From NCBI GenBank assembly GCA_013239625.1, contig MU054026.1, positions 186,001 through 250,000 on the forward strand: a stretch of DNA of 64,000 bases, given 5' to 3'. Positions 13,748-27,033 of the stretch are shown here, piece by piece. The notes beneath the pieces are model-generated. The model saw only the letters and a list, made by a program, of their open reading frames with translations. It made no database searches and was not told where the DNA came from. Source of the DNA: Lama guanicoe (Eukaryota). Each line of letters begins with the position of its first letter. Positions within the stretch are counted from its first letter, which is position 1. Position numbers and translations under genes: made by a program.

Positions 13748-13838
13748 TTTTTTTTTGTTTTAATGGCAGTACTGGGGATTGAACCCAGGACTTCGTGCGT
13801 GCTAAGCATGCGCTCTACCACTGAGCCATACCCTCCCC
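13748..13838 (-). mobile_element. tRNA-Ala-derived SINE (camelid vic-1-like)
   Basis: Minus strand reads ggggagggtatggctcagtggtagagcgcatgcttagcacgcacgaagtcctgggttcaatccccagtactgcc then an A-rich tail; Pol III A box, B box and AGC anticodon-like loop. Confidence 0.85.
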
Positions 13839-13944
13839 CTGTAATCAGATCTTCTTTTGAGAAATGGACATTTTCCCCAATGGGCCACGGAGCAGACTCA
13901 CCTGTGCTAATTAGGTGCACCTTCCCTGACCCGTGAAACCTGTT

Positions 13945-14175
13945 CATGATGACAGAGATTTTCAGTGTAGGAATTTACTGATCAGAGCCGTGGCCCCAGG
14001 GCCAGCTCTCCCCACTCGGAGACTGTTCCAGCCATTACCATGTCTGTTCCTCTGGAGCTGTCTCTAGCCCACGTCCTTACCCAAGCCTGGTTCCCAGGCT
14101 CGCCTATGAGTTAGCAATAGCTTTCCATTAAATTTTACTTTTTTCTTTAGTTAAGCAGAGTTGTCAACAATAAAC
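13945..14175 (+). mobile_element. Ancient ERVL-type LTR fragment (LTR16/LTR33-like)
   Basis: ccaagcctggttcccaggctcgcctatgag...ttccattaaattttacttttttctttagttaagcagagttg resembles an ERVL LTR 3' end. Confidence 0.45.
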
Positions 14176-16809
14176 GCAAAAAAACATTAAAAATTGAATG
14201 ACAACAATGTGCTTTTGTGTCATAGGCAGCATGTCTTTGTGAAAGTGTCTGGAACACACAGGCCTGTCTAAGGGCTCCACCCATATTCATTCATCCGGCC
14301 AACACATATCCACTGAGTGTAAACCATGTGTCAGGCACTATGTGCTCATGCAGCTCACAGCTGTACATGGAGGACAGACAGGGGTCAGGAAATTGGAAGA
14401 ATAATGAAGTGCTGAAGAAAGGCAGGGCGCTGTTGAAGAATATGGCAGGCAGCCAGGAGCGAAGAGGGGAGCTGAGAACTCTTTCCATGAAGGAGTCATA
14501 TTTTACCTTAGACGCAGGAGATGAGGCAGAATCTGCTAGGTAGAGGCTGGGGGGATGGAGATCCCGAAGGAAGGAAAAATATGGAAAGCCCACTGCCTTT
14601 CTATTTCACGAGCCAGGAGGGTGCAGGGGAAGGTGACACAAGTTAGAGGGAGATCAGAAGCCAACTGTTGCCCTAGTCCACAGCGACCTCGCTCTGTGAG
14701 TTTGAAAAGGCATTTCCTTTCTGATGCCCGTTTCCTGGTCTGGGAAATAGAGGTGGAGGGACGCACAATACGGAAGGTCTCTGAGAGTTTATGATTTATG
14801 CACATTTCTCATGTCTAGTAAGAGAGAAATAAAGGACACGGCAGGAACCTCACCTAAACTGACCCCTCCCAAGCTATCATAAAGCAATTGACGTTTCTTT
14901 GTGACCAATGCATGAATCATTTTACTTATAAATAAATACGAATTTCTTTTTCATGTAACAAAAATAATAAAATAAAATAAAATGACCACCCACCCCATCT
15001 TCTCACAGTCTCCTCTCTGCTGCTCCCACTACATGACGGGGCAGTGTGGGGACAGAGCACGTTGGGAAGTGATAAAGGACACAAAGACACAGCTGGGTAA
15101 GGCGTGGAAGATAGAAAGTCAAAGATGCCTGCCCTGATTTTCGGTCTGTCAGGAAATAACCCTGCTTAGTGTCTAGTTCCCTCTTCCCAGCTGTTTGAGA
15201 CAGCACCTCTCTCCTGCTGCTTGCTCCATTGTAACTGTGTGTGTGTCCTCTTCTGTTTTTCTTGCCACTAGTTCCAAAAATGAAAAGCAACCATATGTAG
15301 AACCCCATGCCTTAGGTCCTGTCCAAAAATTGTCAGCATCAATGGCTCAGCCTAAATGATCCTATTGGATAAATGGCCAAAAATCCTACCTACCTTTTAG
15401 GAGAGGCATTCTCTAGGAAACAGGAGACATCCAGCCAAGAAAGCTACTGGTTAGTCATTGGTGGGGACATGTATTTTCCCACAGCTCTTCACCCCTAACA
15501 CCACCCTCCTCTGAATGACGGACGAGGTCTGCGCTGCGACCCCTGGGAGGACAGCCCTAGGAACAGAGAAGAAAGAGGGTCTGAAGAAAAGCCCACCCTG
15601 GAAAGATCGGGACTCCCTGTCAGTGCCAAGACAAGAGAAGTCCTTGCAAACATTTCCCCATGATAAAATTTAAGAACAGCACTGTGAGCAGCTTCCCTCT
15701 CCATTATCACTGACTGAAAGAACAATGAATGTGAAGGCAGTTTTGTCGAGAGCTGTTGATTGACAATCTCGAGGGCTCCCCAGTGAAATTCGAAACTGGC
15801 ACCCCGAGCAGGGAAGACCCAAGAAAAAGGAGGCCACCCCAGGTCGGTAGACAGTGGCGCTAAGGAAAAGGGAACTTCCACTCCAGACTTGTCTTGAGCA
15901 CTGTGAGATGAGGAGGTCCCACCCCACCGGTCAGCATCTTCAGGGTTTCTAGGGAGGTCTTAGTGGGTTCAGTCATGTACACCATCCAGATGTTCTCACC
16001 AACACATTTGTGTCTCAATGCTGCACCCTTGAACCCAGCTCCCACTGTGGGAAAGATGGGCAGAGCATGCATTCCAAGGATGGAGAAGGGGGTGAGGAGC
16101 CTCTGATTGCCCAGCTCCAGCTCACGGGTCAACCTGTGGTCACATCCACTCTGTGACCTCCTCTAACAATAGCAACATACCATCCATGAGTGTAAGAAGA
16201 CAAAAAACTCAAATACCAGGTACACTCAGGCCCTAGAAGGACTGGATCAACCTCAGCACTGCTAAGGAGGCACAGATGAGAAGATCTTGCAGGGAGCATA
16301 ACTCACCTGATGTGGGTCTGGAGCCACAGTGCCTCTCCAGGTGCACAGAGGCGTCTTCAGGGCTGGGGAGTGGCTGCATTCCCACTGCGACATTCTGGTT
16401 GTTGCTCTTCTAATACACACCATGCATTGCTACTGTTCAATCTTTGCCACCCCGTTCCTATATCTAGGAACTCACTTTTCTTGTCTCCACTTGTGTACCT
16501 CTTGCCCATCCTGAAGGGCCTGTTGAAGCTTGGCAGAGGAGCACTGGGAAGCTTTCCCAATTACAACTAACCCAAGTGATATGTCTTCATCGCAATTCCT
16601 ACGGCAACCACTGTATGAATCAATCATTTGGCACTTATGGTATCCTTATATTATTGTTTTTAATTAAATTGGAGAACAGATATGAAAACCCATTGACAGT
16701 TATAAAGTGCTAACCTAGCATTTTTCGCAGCATATTCTACGGTATACTAAATATGTGTAATATTGATAAATATTTCATTCCCAAAAAAAGGGATTGATTG
16801 CTTAGTAAG

Positions 16810-17049
16810 TGTGAAGAACAGGCAAAACCACGCTGTCTGCAGAGGTGGAAATCAGAGCAGCGATTGCCTGGTGGTAGGGCAGGCTAGCGGGGAGACAACC
16901 GACTGACGAGGATCATGAAAAAAACTTACTAGAATCTTCTACATCTTGTTTGGGGTTTTGGTTACAAGAGCATATACATTGGTCAAAACTGTAGCGCTCT
17001 ACTTAAAATCTGTATATTTTGCTGTATGTAATTCTATCTCAATAAAAAA
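16810..17049 (+). mobile_element. Ancient L1M 3' end
   Basis: aacaggcaaaacc...aaatcagagcagcgattgcct...ggttacaagagcatatacattggtcaaaact...tatctcaataaaaa. Confidence 0.7.
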
Positions 17050-20000
17050 CATCAAAGTGATATCTTTATCACGAAACAAAAAGCCTCCACCGTGCTTCTG
17101 TTCATCCTAAATCTCCAGAAAGTGAATATAGTACTTTTTTTGTCCATAGCACTTTTCATTTTCAAAGGGTTTTGAGGTAGCAATATTCCATGAAAACTCT
17201 GCACTGTTTATAACATTTGTTTTTATTTTCTACTATTATGTTATAGTCTCCAGGGCAGAGCTGGTTTTATGACTGTCTTTATCCACAGGACCTGACGCAG
17301 GACCCTGTAGACACTCAGTAAATGTGCCTTGTTGCTGCTGATGCTGAAAATAATGGTGCAGGTGAGGATGATACAAGATACTATGATAAAATTAAGGGTA
17401 AGTCATGTGCCAGGATCGCAGGATCAGGACCACAGCAACCTTAGCCCCAAAGGCTATGAGTGGATTCTCCTGCTAGAGGGGCAGGATGAAGAAGGGGTAT
17501 ATTTTAGTGTGAAGGATCTATTTTGGGACCTCTCAGGTCTCATGAGGTGGCTGCATTCTCTACTCATTTAAGAGATTATGCTGCCACTTTCTGAGAATGT
17601 ACTCACCCTTGAAGCCCCTATAAAACATTCTGGTGCTCGCCACTGGGGAATCCCACAGTGAATAAAACACAGTATTTGCCCGCAAAAAGCTCACGGTCTG
17701 GTGGGGCTGTATGATAAAGAGATGACTTCAAATGCAGTGCAGTAGGAGCAGGAGCTGCGTAAGCTGAGAGGAGGGAATAACTCATTCAACCTTGGGAGGA
17801 TTTGAAACCCTGATAGCTGCCAGTCAGAGATGCTGGTGGAAGGCGTCCTTAGCCAAACGAAGATGGATGTCATCAGGTAATACATCTGGAAAGTGACTGT
17901 AACTAATATGTCTTATGATCTTACACAAGTTACTTATCTTTAGTTTTCACATCCCCAAATAAACAGAACAGTGGACTGAGACATGTCCAGTGGGGGCTCG
18001 GTGAGAGAAGCTGGGGCCACGCTGCAGAACTCTTATGAAGACTTTACCCCCCATGAGGATTTTAAAGAGAGGGGCATGATCACATATGTATTTAGAATGT
18101 CACCAAAGTCCATATACCACACAGCTAATTTTATACAGACTTGGGTCTGTCAGGGTTTTTTCAAGAGTGTTAGTCTGGTTTCCTCAACCACAATGTAAGT
18201 TACCCAACACCCTTATCCCCTGTAGCCAGCAGCAGCATACTCAGACCACAGAATGCCCTAAATTGGTAGTTCTTGACTGATTCTTATACAATTACCTAGC
18301 TTCCTTCTCGATGTATCAGTCAATAACATTTGTAGGGTTTAATACAATCATATATCAAAAAGCAGAGATGAGAAACCTTAAATCACAAGAGTTTATATTT
18401 CACGCAAAGGTCTTATGAAGAGAGGCTTGTTTTTATTTTGCAAAAGCCTTACATTCACCCTGTAGGAGCAGGTAGGTGGGTGGGTGTCTCTGCACACGTA
18501 TGGGAAAGTCAGACAGTAGATGAAGAGGGCTGCTGACTGTAGAGGCCTTAGGTAAACTGGGCAAAAGGAGCTACGAAAGTGCATGAAATCCATGCCAAAT
18601 ACATTAGAAGGCAGGGAAGGAGAGGCGTGGTGAGCGACTCAAAGTGCGATGAAGATAAAGAGGAAATGGAATTAATAGAGGCAACTAGCTTAAGAATCTA
18701 TTTACTGGGGGGTCCAAACTCTTCTTTGGAGACCACTGGATTTAGTGGTTCAAAGGAAAAAAAGTACACAAGTAAATGAAGAAAAATCAGTGATGAATTT
18801 GTAGACTATTGAAGACTTGACTTGAGTGAGTTGTTCTGTTTTCTTTTGTTAGTCTTTCCTCATAAGTAGAAGCACACAACACCAACACAGTTGGATCCAG
18901 TGTACCTCAGCCCCTCTTCAGATTCACAAGCCCTGGATGCTGCCCTCTGGACCACACAATCCCTCTTCCCCCTCGCAAGATAAATTCCGCATCAGCCCAG
19001 CAGCCCACCATCATCTGTTCTCAGGGGAAGAGTCTACAGCACGACCTCCCTTGAAATATTAGCTCTATTTACACGGGTCTGCGTGGACCACATCACTTAT
19101 GAGTCACCGAGGGGAAGCGGATCCTCCAGTAGATAAAGCGATCTGCACAAACCTCTGTAAATAAATCTGAAATTTCAATGAAGGTCATGCCAGGCCTGAT
19201 TTATTCCTCAGCACCCTATGAAATAATGTTGGCCAGGTAAGTGGTTTTCATTTCTTTCCTTCTGGATAAGGGAGAATCTTTTAGCTCTAAGGAGCTTGGT
19301 GTGCATGTAACGATGAGTATCTGGCCACAGAGATGCTAAGCCCTCAAAGAAATAACCCTTTATTATTATATTAGACTCCCAAGACTGAAAGTCCAGGTCA
19401 CGTAGCAGCAATTTGGCATCGTTTTTTAATTTAATTTGGTGGTACAGGTTCTCATAACAGAGCTTATGAGAAGCTATTGTTCAACAATAGAAACTATCCA
19501 TTATTCAATCAACAGAAATGAAGCATCTACCTAGGGGGCACCAAGCAGAGAATGAGGTTAACAGTGTAAGAGAGACAAAGATACATGAAGCACAGTCTCT
19601 GAAAGCCTTCCTATGTCCCCAGTGAGAACCCCCAACTGTTCTGAGAAGTCAAACAATGGCCATGGCTTATTGATAAGCCAGTCAGTTCAGCAAATAAATA
19701 ATCATTTAGTTTATACGTCTGGAACATTTTCTAAGGATAAGACTTCATACCAAATATTGAAGTGAAGGGTGGAAATAAAATGAAAGCATGGGAAAATTTT
19801 CTTAATCTTCAGAAGCATACAAAGCAGCTGAATTTTACAATATAAACAGTTATTCCAGTGACCAAAAAAAAATAAATAGCCAAATTAGATGGAGTTTTTT
19901 GGGGAGGATTGTGTGTGTGTATGTGTGTGTGTGTGTTTATTTTGGAGCTCAAAAATCATACATCTTTTCTAAACTACTTTTTTCTACTTTTCTACCTTGA

Positions 20001-20235
20001 CACATAGCCCTTATATAGCAAAGGGATTTGGGGACACAAGAATGAAAGAATTGCCCTTTAAGCAGGAAAAAACAATGTGATATTGCTAGAGGATCTTAAG
20101 ATAATTGTTGAGGAAGGTAAAGAGAAGGTTCGGGAAGTCAAAGATAAGAACTAGACATTAGTTCTTTAAAGAAGAAAAGATGTGAACAATTCTAGAAGTA
20201 CTCGTCAAGAGAAAAAATAAAATAAAATAAAATAA

Positions 20236-20351
20236 AATTCAAAAAGACACATGCACCCCAATGTTCACAGCAGCACTATTTACAGTAGCCAAGACATGGA
20301 AACAACCCAAATGTCCATAAACAGATGACTGGATAAAGAAGATGTGATGTG

Positions 20352-20397
<46 letters not shown>

Positions 20398-20867
20398 GGA
20401 ATACTATTCAGCCATAAAAAAGGATAAAACCGTGCCATTTGCAGCAATATGGATGGACCTGAAGATTGTCATTCTAAGTGAAGTGGGCCAGAAAAAGAAA
20501 GAAAAATGCCATATGACATCATTTATATGAAGAATCTAAAAAATAATAACAATAATAAGGGCACAAATGAACTAATTATTATTTTGATTTCTTGAATATG
20601 TGTAAGCATATCTGACTGTCCTTTATGATTGGATTACCGCATTCTGTTGATTCTTATTTTGTAGTTGGCTTTATTCCTTTGATAACTATGCAAGTTTAAA
20701 AAGCTAAAGATCTAATCTGTTCTTAGAAACAATACTTAGTACATATATGTAAACTAAAAACAATGTGCAGTATACTGTATATATGTATTTACATGCAATA
20801 TAATGTGTGTGTGCAGTCAGACTGTAATAATTCTACCTAATAAAACAAAAAAAAGGAGAAAAAAAAA
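20236..20867 (+). mobile_element. L1 ORF2 C-terminus joined to a non-canonical ~290-bp 3' tail (copy 1)
   Basis: Translates QKDTCTPMFTAALFTVAKTWKQPKCP* (L1 ORF2 end, with an internal (CA)n expansion); leaves canonical L1 after cacaaatgaact (~20573); AATAAA at 20839-20844 then A-tail. Confidence 0.85.
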
Positions 20868-22597
20868 GAGTATTCACTCCCATGACTTTTCCAGGTTTGG
20901 TTGGAATTTGCAGAACTGATGATAACAGTTCTTGCTTTCACTTCTGTCTGAAGTCATGGTAAAAGATAATTCCTCAGTGTGCATGGCTGTCGTTAGAAGC
21001 CACAGCTTAGGAGAACAAGAAGACGTCCCTTCACCCAGGGTTCACAGAATTACCAATCTCACTCTTTTTAAGAAAGCTTGCCCTGGTTCTCATTAAGAAA
21101 TCTCATTTATAGGCAAACAATAGATAAGTTCCTCACAAGATATTTCTATTGGTTCATAAAATTGCCTTATCTTAGGAGGTCCATTGTGTACCAGACTAAA
21201 AAAGCTGGATTTTGTTATGCAGGCTAGTTCTTATTTAAACAGATGTCTTTATCTTCACCCTCTCTTACCATCTTCCAACGTTGTGCATTTCCACTGTTCC
21301 AACACCTGTCTCTTCTCGGGGGGCGTGGCCTCACACACTCTTGGAGGGAAGGGCTCAAAGTGTTGCCATTTCCACCTGCAGTAACTCTGACCTCCCGTGA
21401 GCATGTGCACCCGTTCTGAATATGATATATATACATGGTAATTTTGTTGATTTTTTCAGTCCTTGCTTACAAAGGTTTCAGAACATTCTAGCCAGATAGG
21501 GCATTAGCAAAAACCTGGGGGCCGTCTGTCATGCTGACGCTGCCTCGCCTGTAGCTTTTCGCCTTTTTTTTTTCCCATTCGATCAGGCTTTGTATGTGCT
21601 TTGATCCAGGCAAAACATAACAAAGATGTTTTTTCAGTTGCAAAACTCCAAACTATATATTCACCGAGGGCAAAGCTAAAACCATCATTAGGCAACAATG
21701 ATGCTTTGAAATTCCGGCCGTAGAATTTTGTGGAGCGTATTCTCCTTCCCCTTTATGTGAATAAAACCCTTTACAATGGTTCATATTCGCGATGCGTCCT
21801 GGTTTCTCTGTGATGTTTTGTTATTTCCTCCTCTTTGCTGCTAGAGAAACAGAGGACAAGAGGGGCTAAGGAACTTGCCCAGTGTTATTCACATGGATTA
21901 AAATGGGAATGTTAAAACTCTTGTAAAGAATGAGGCGAATGTTCTTTGTAGTCACAGGTTCTTCCTGGGGCTGACGCTAATACCGCCTGAAATGCGCTTT
22001 CCCTCAAATACCACCTGTTTCAAATCTTACCCCTTAGAGGTCCCACCTCCAAGGTCCACTTCTTCCAAACCAGCCTTCTATGAACTTCACTCAGCCCTAC
22101 CACCCGAATGCCACCATCAAGCTCTTGGGTCTATACTGTATTTCCTTCTATGCAATCCAAATTGGTAAAGTGACGAGGATTTTAACACACTTCCTAAGTC
22201 CTTTTTGTTTGCAGTGTCCTATCTCATGGCACCAGGATTAATTATTCCAATAGTAGGCAAAAGCACGGGGTTTAGAGTCAAAAGAAGGCATAGATTTATG
22301 TTGCCATCGAGAAGCTCTTAAAACCTGGACAAGTCTAAGTTTTTGCTTGTCAATCTATAAACTGAAGGTGTTACATAACCTGCTTTCTGATAGTAATTCT
22401 AAAACTAACACTTTATGGTTCTATTTTACGTGCACAGAGCCTTTGAGAAGTTAGGAGGGGAAGTTACCTCACATTTTTCTATTTCATCCTTAGTAATTGA
22501 AGGAGAAAAAGGTTGTCACCAGCATTAATCATTCCATGATGGATGATACACTCAACTAGATGTTATGACATCTAAGTTCTAGTTCAACTTCTGCTAT

Positions 22598-22766
22598 ATT
22601 TTTTAAATTATTTTTTATTGAGTTATAGTCAGTTTACAGTGTTGTGTCAATTTCTGGTGTATTGCACAATTTTTCAGTCATACATGAATATACATGTATT
22701 CATTTCCATATTCTTTTTTCACCGTGAGCTACTATAAGACCTTGTATCTATTTCCCTGTGCTATAA
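22598..22766 (-). mobile_element. Young L1 3' end
   Basis: ttttttattgagttatagtcagtttacagtgttgtgtcaatttctggtgt...atttccctgtgctata. Confidence 0.85.
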
Positions 22767-24039
22767 CCCCTGAAATCTTAATACGTATTTGGCAAGTTGA
22801 AAATGGTGTCTAATGTCCCACAGAGCACTAACATTCTACTATTTGAGATTTCTGATGAGCCTTTCCTACCTCCTATCAGTAAATCCATACTGAAATTCTC
22901 AAGACCCGCAGTGGTATTCTCTTCCTCCAAGAAATGTCCTCCCAAAGCAGCTGCCAATGGGTGGACCTAGTCTACCAGCTTCCATTTATACCAGTCTTAC
23001 CCACATTTATCTCAGCTCTTCACAAACCTGCTACTGATATAAACGCTTGAAGCCTGAACTTGCTTCATTCACGTGCATATGTGAGAACACCGGATCTCCG
23101 TGGAATCAGTCCAACATGGCAGAATAAGCTATTGTTGAATCAGAGGAAAGAGTGACCCACATTCCCTTGTCTCTTGACCAGTCTCCTACATTTTCAGCAG
23201 GTACCTGCTTTTCATTATGATCTAATCTTTTAGTTTTTGCGGATAATAACTCTGATTTTCCATATGAAAGTGATAGCATGACCCCCCCCCCAAAAAAAAA
23301 GGACTCACAGAGACTCAAAGCATGAAACACTTGCCCTGGCCTCAGTTTCTTCATCTATAAAGTGGAGTGGTTGCACGTGTCCAAAATTACGGGAAAGATT
23401 TAGTCATTAAAGGCAGATCAAGACCAGAGACTATCATGCAGGCATTCAAATAAAAATTACAAATAAAAAAAAACCTGTGTAATAATATGAAAAAAGTATA
23501 TTTCTAATTCAATATTAAATAGTAGTAGAAACATATTTTATTATGTATCTGCTTTAGTCACCATACAAACATATGTGTTTCTAAGTGGAAGACACTACAA
23601 AAAGTGGAAATAGCCATTTTTGAGTAGTTTCGTCATGGGTGATTTATATAGATAATAAAAGCTTGAATAAAGTTAGCTTCTCTTCAATTAACAACAAACT
23701 GGTTAGAATAATTGCTGAGGTCTTGTCCTGCTGTGGAATTCCACGATCCTTTGATAAACACATTTGTGTCAATGTGCTCAGCAAGTAAGAATGGAATACA
23801 GAGCCCCTCGTGGAGATAAAAGACACATTTTAAAAACCTGAAACAAATGCCTTTATGAAAAAGTATGATGAAGTAGACTTGCTTACTCAATGTCATTTCA
23901 AAATAAGAGAAAGCTCTTGCGCTCTAGTCTGAAGTTTCTCCTGAGCCCAGGAAGTGTTAGGCACCCATGGTTCCTCCTCCATATCTTTACTGCAGGCAGC
24001 CTTTATTACACTGCAGAGGGACTGTGTGTCTTTGACTTT

Positions 24040-24170
24040 CCTAGGAAATTGTGACCCCAAGAAGTTAGGAATGGGACTTCATTCATTGCTGAGTCTCCAG
24101 AACCCAACACAGAGCTTGGCATATAGACAAGGGCCAATTAAATGTTGGCATGAATGAATGAATGAATGAG
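24040..24170 (+). mobile_element. L2 3' end
   Basis: cccaacacagagcttggcatatag...aaatgttggcatgaatgaatgaatgaatga, the characteristic L2 terminus. Confidence 0.7.
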
Positions 24171-24899
24171 AGGAAAGGAGTATTGGTAGATTGGCATTTT
24201 CTCTTAAAAATAGAGACTGCACCTGCTTAGGGGCTTGGTGTCCCATCCCTTGGCTGGTGTTTTTTTGTTTTGTTTTTTCTTTTTCACATATTTGTTCCCC
24301 GCCCCCCCCCAAGCCATCCTCATATGCACTGAACTCTCTTCTTGCTTCCAAAGAAATATGATTTATTCTTCACCTCACAGGCCCAAGGTTTGCCAGACCA
24401 GACTCATTGAGCTTGATAGTGTCACACATTGCCCTCTCCTGTTTATTGTTTTAGTCAGCATTGCTAATAAACCGCCCTTGCTCATATTAATTTACTTCTT
24501 ATCTGTGTTCGTCTTTATAGAGTGTGCTGAGAGGTTCTCTCCAGGGGACCCTTCGCTCCCAGAGAAGGTCATGAGTGTGTCGAGGCACAGTCACCCCTAA
24601 TCCTCTTCAGAGAGAGGGGTGACATTCCCTAAAGCACGTGAATGTGTCATTTCTGCAAGTCCTTCTGAGGACAGTCCTAGATAGGAGCCGCTACTGGTGT
24701 CTGATACAGAGGCACATATAAAAATAATCTGGTTTTTACTCGTTAATTTTTTTTTACATTTCACATGTGTTTTCTCATTACTCAGAATATGTCCCCTCTG
24801 TTCTCTGTCTTTAAATCTCCCTCGCTACTGGCTTTCTAACCAGCATTGAACATGCCCAAGTCTGTTCCATCCAGATACCTCCCTCTCTCTTCTTCACCA

Positions 24900-25640
24900 C
24901 TCAGTTCCTTGGAAGTGTTGCCCACAACTACTGTCTTCACTTTCCCTTGCCTTCCGGTCCCTCTTCACCCCATTGCTCCAGTAGATCTGTTCTCCCAAAA
25001 CTTAGCAACGGTCTCTGCTGCTAAATCCAGTGGACACTTTACTCCACAGAGCTCTCCGCAGCACTGGACACCGTTCACTGAAACACGTGTGCTGTCTTTC
25101 CTCGGCTTCTCAGAAACCTTTTTTCTCCTCCCTCTCTAGCTATTTCTTCAAGGACTGATCTTCTGGTACTGCACCTTAAATATCTGGGTTCAGTTTTCGT
25201 TTCCCTTCTCAATTTCCTTTGTCTTCCTGGGCAGATTCATCTTCCCTAAGACTCAGAACCCTACATGCCAGGAATTTTCACGTTCTCCAGCCATATCGCT
25301 CACCTAAGCTCCAGGACAGATACTTCAGGTAGTAAACATTCTGTTTGCACATCCTAAAGGCACCTCAAGTTCAACATGTCAAAAATGAACTCATTTCACT
25401 CCCCCAAAAATATACCTCGTTTGTGCACTCTATGAATGGTAAGATCACCTATCCACTTACCTGAAACAGAAGCCTGGTAGTCATCTCCAATTCTTTCTTC
25501 TCTCTCTCCTCCTACCCAACAAATCACCAAAACTTACTGCCTTCCTTCCTCCATAACTCAAATCCATTCATGTCTCTCTATTCCTACTGCTGGTGCCCTA
25601 ATTTGGGCCACCATCTATTTTCACCTGGACTGTTTCCTAC
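24900..25640 (+). mobile_element. Degraded L2 body
   Basis: gctaaatccagtggacacttt...ggcacctcaagttcaacatgtcaaaaatgaactcattt...ggccaccatctattttcacctggact. Confidence 0.65.
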
Positions 25641-25929
25641 ATTCCACCCCTAACCTTAAGAGAGAGAGTAGAATGAGATTTAAAATGCAATCACTGTTTT
25701 CTTCTTAGAGCCAAATTATTTCTATCAGCCTTAACAGGTTACAATCCCATGTAGTTATTTTACCTTCATTTTCAAATTGGTTATGGATTAAAAAAATAAA
25801 GCTAGATACTCGAAAATGCCACAACAGTGTCTGCTAAACCCTGATAGCTTTAATTTTGCAATTGGAATTTAGCTTCTCTCTTATTCATAATTTCACTTCC
25901 TTCCTGACATTAATCAGCTAGGGCTCAAG

Positions 25930-26172
25930 AATACAGAGAAGTATTATGAATGCAGGCTCAACAGCATATATGCTTCAGTTACAATACTTACTCCATGACT
26001 TGGGGTAAGATATTTAACATCCCTGAGCTTTCATTTACCCATCAGTAATATGAGCCATATATATAGTGTCTACCTCAAAAGATTATTGTGAGGATAAAAT
26101 TTGTTAATACAAGGACAGGACTTAGGTAAATGCCTGGAACATCAAACTCTGTTGGCCTTTCTATTATTATTT
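25930..26172 (+). mobile_element. MIR SINE
   Basis: atgacttggggtaagatatttaacatccctgagctttcattt...tacctcaaaagattattgtgaggataaaat. Confidence 0.75.
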
Positions 26173-26355
26173 TAGTTGACCTACCTCTTGCCCTTACGAT
26201 TTTTTTTTCTGAGCCAATGTTTCATGACCAACACCCCAGTTGCCCTCCTGTTGTCACTGGAGACACCCTTTCCAGCATCGCCTATTTTTCTCCATGCCAG
26301 CCTCACACCTTTACCCAAGAGCAAGCTTAATAATTGTCTCTTTAGAAAGTGAGGG

Positions 26356-27033
26356 TTCCTTCTGGATATATGCCTATATGACCCAGTAATCTCACTCCTG
26401 GGCATATATCCAGAAGGAACCCTAATTCAAAAAGACACCTGCACCCCAATGTTCATAGCAGCACTATTTACAATAGCCAAGTCATGAAAACAGACTAAAT
26501 GTCCATCAACAGATGACTGGATAAAGAAGATGTGGTATATTTATACAGTGGAATACTACTCAGCCATTAAAAATGACAACATAACACCATTTGCAGCAAC
26601 ATGGATGTTCCTGGAGAATGTCATTCTAAGTGAAGTAAGCCAGAAAGAGAAAGAAAAATACCATATGAAATCGCTCACATGTGGAACTTAAAAAAAAAGA
26701 ACAAGAACAAGACAAATGAACTTAAATATAAAACAGAAACAGACTCACAGACATAGAATACAAACTTGTGGTTGCCAGGGGGGTGAGGGGTGGGAAGGGA
26801 CAGACTGGGAGTTCAGTATTGGTAGATGCTGACAAGTATATATAGAATAGATAAACAAGTTTATATACACAGGGAAATATATACAAGATCTTGTGGTAGC
26901 TCATGGTGAAAAAGAACGTGACAATGAATATATATATGTTCATGTACGACTGAAGCATTGTGCTGTACACCAGAAATTGACACAACATTGTAAACTGATT
27001 ATAACTTAATAAAATAAAAAATTTTTAAAAAAA
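26356..27033 (+). mobile_element. Young 5'-truncated L1 (ORF2 end plus canonical 3'UTR) with TSD
   Basis: ORF2 C-terminal sequence (gacacctgcaccccaatgttcatagcagcactatttacaatagcc), canonical 3'UTR and A-tail; TSD agaaagtgaggg (26344-26355) / agaaggtgaggg (27034-27045). Confidence 0.9.

Noticed and set aside
13764..13838. tRNA-Ala gene
   Set aside because: Extended GGGGAGGG 5' end, imperfect acceptor stem and an A-rich tail indicate a tRNA-derived SINE.
20205..20880. TSD for swapped-tail copy 1
   Set aside because: Only a weak agtactc/agtattc similarity, not convincing.
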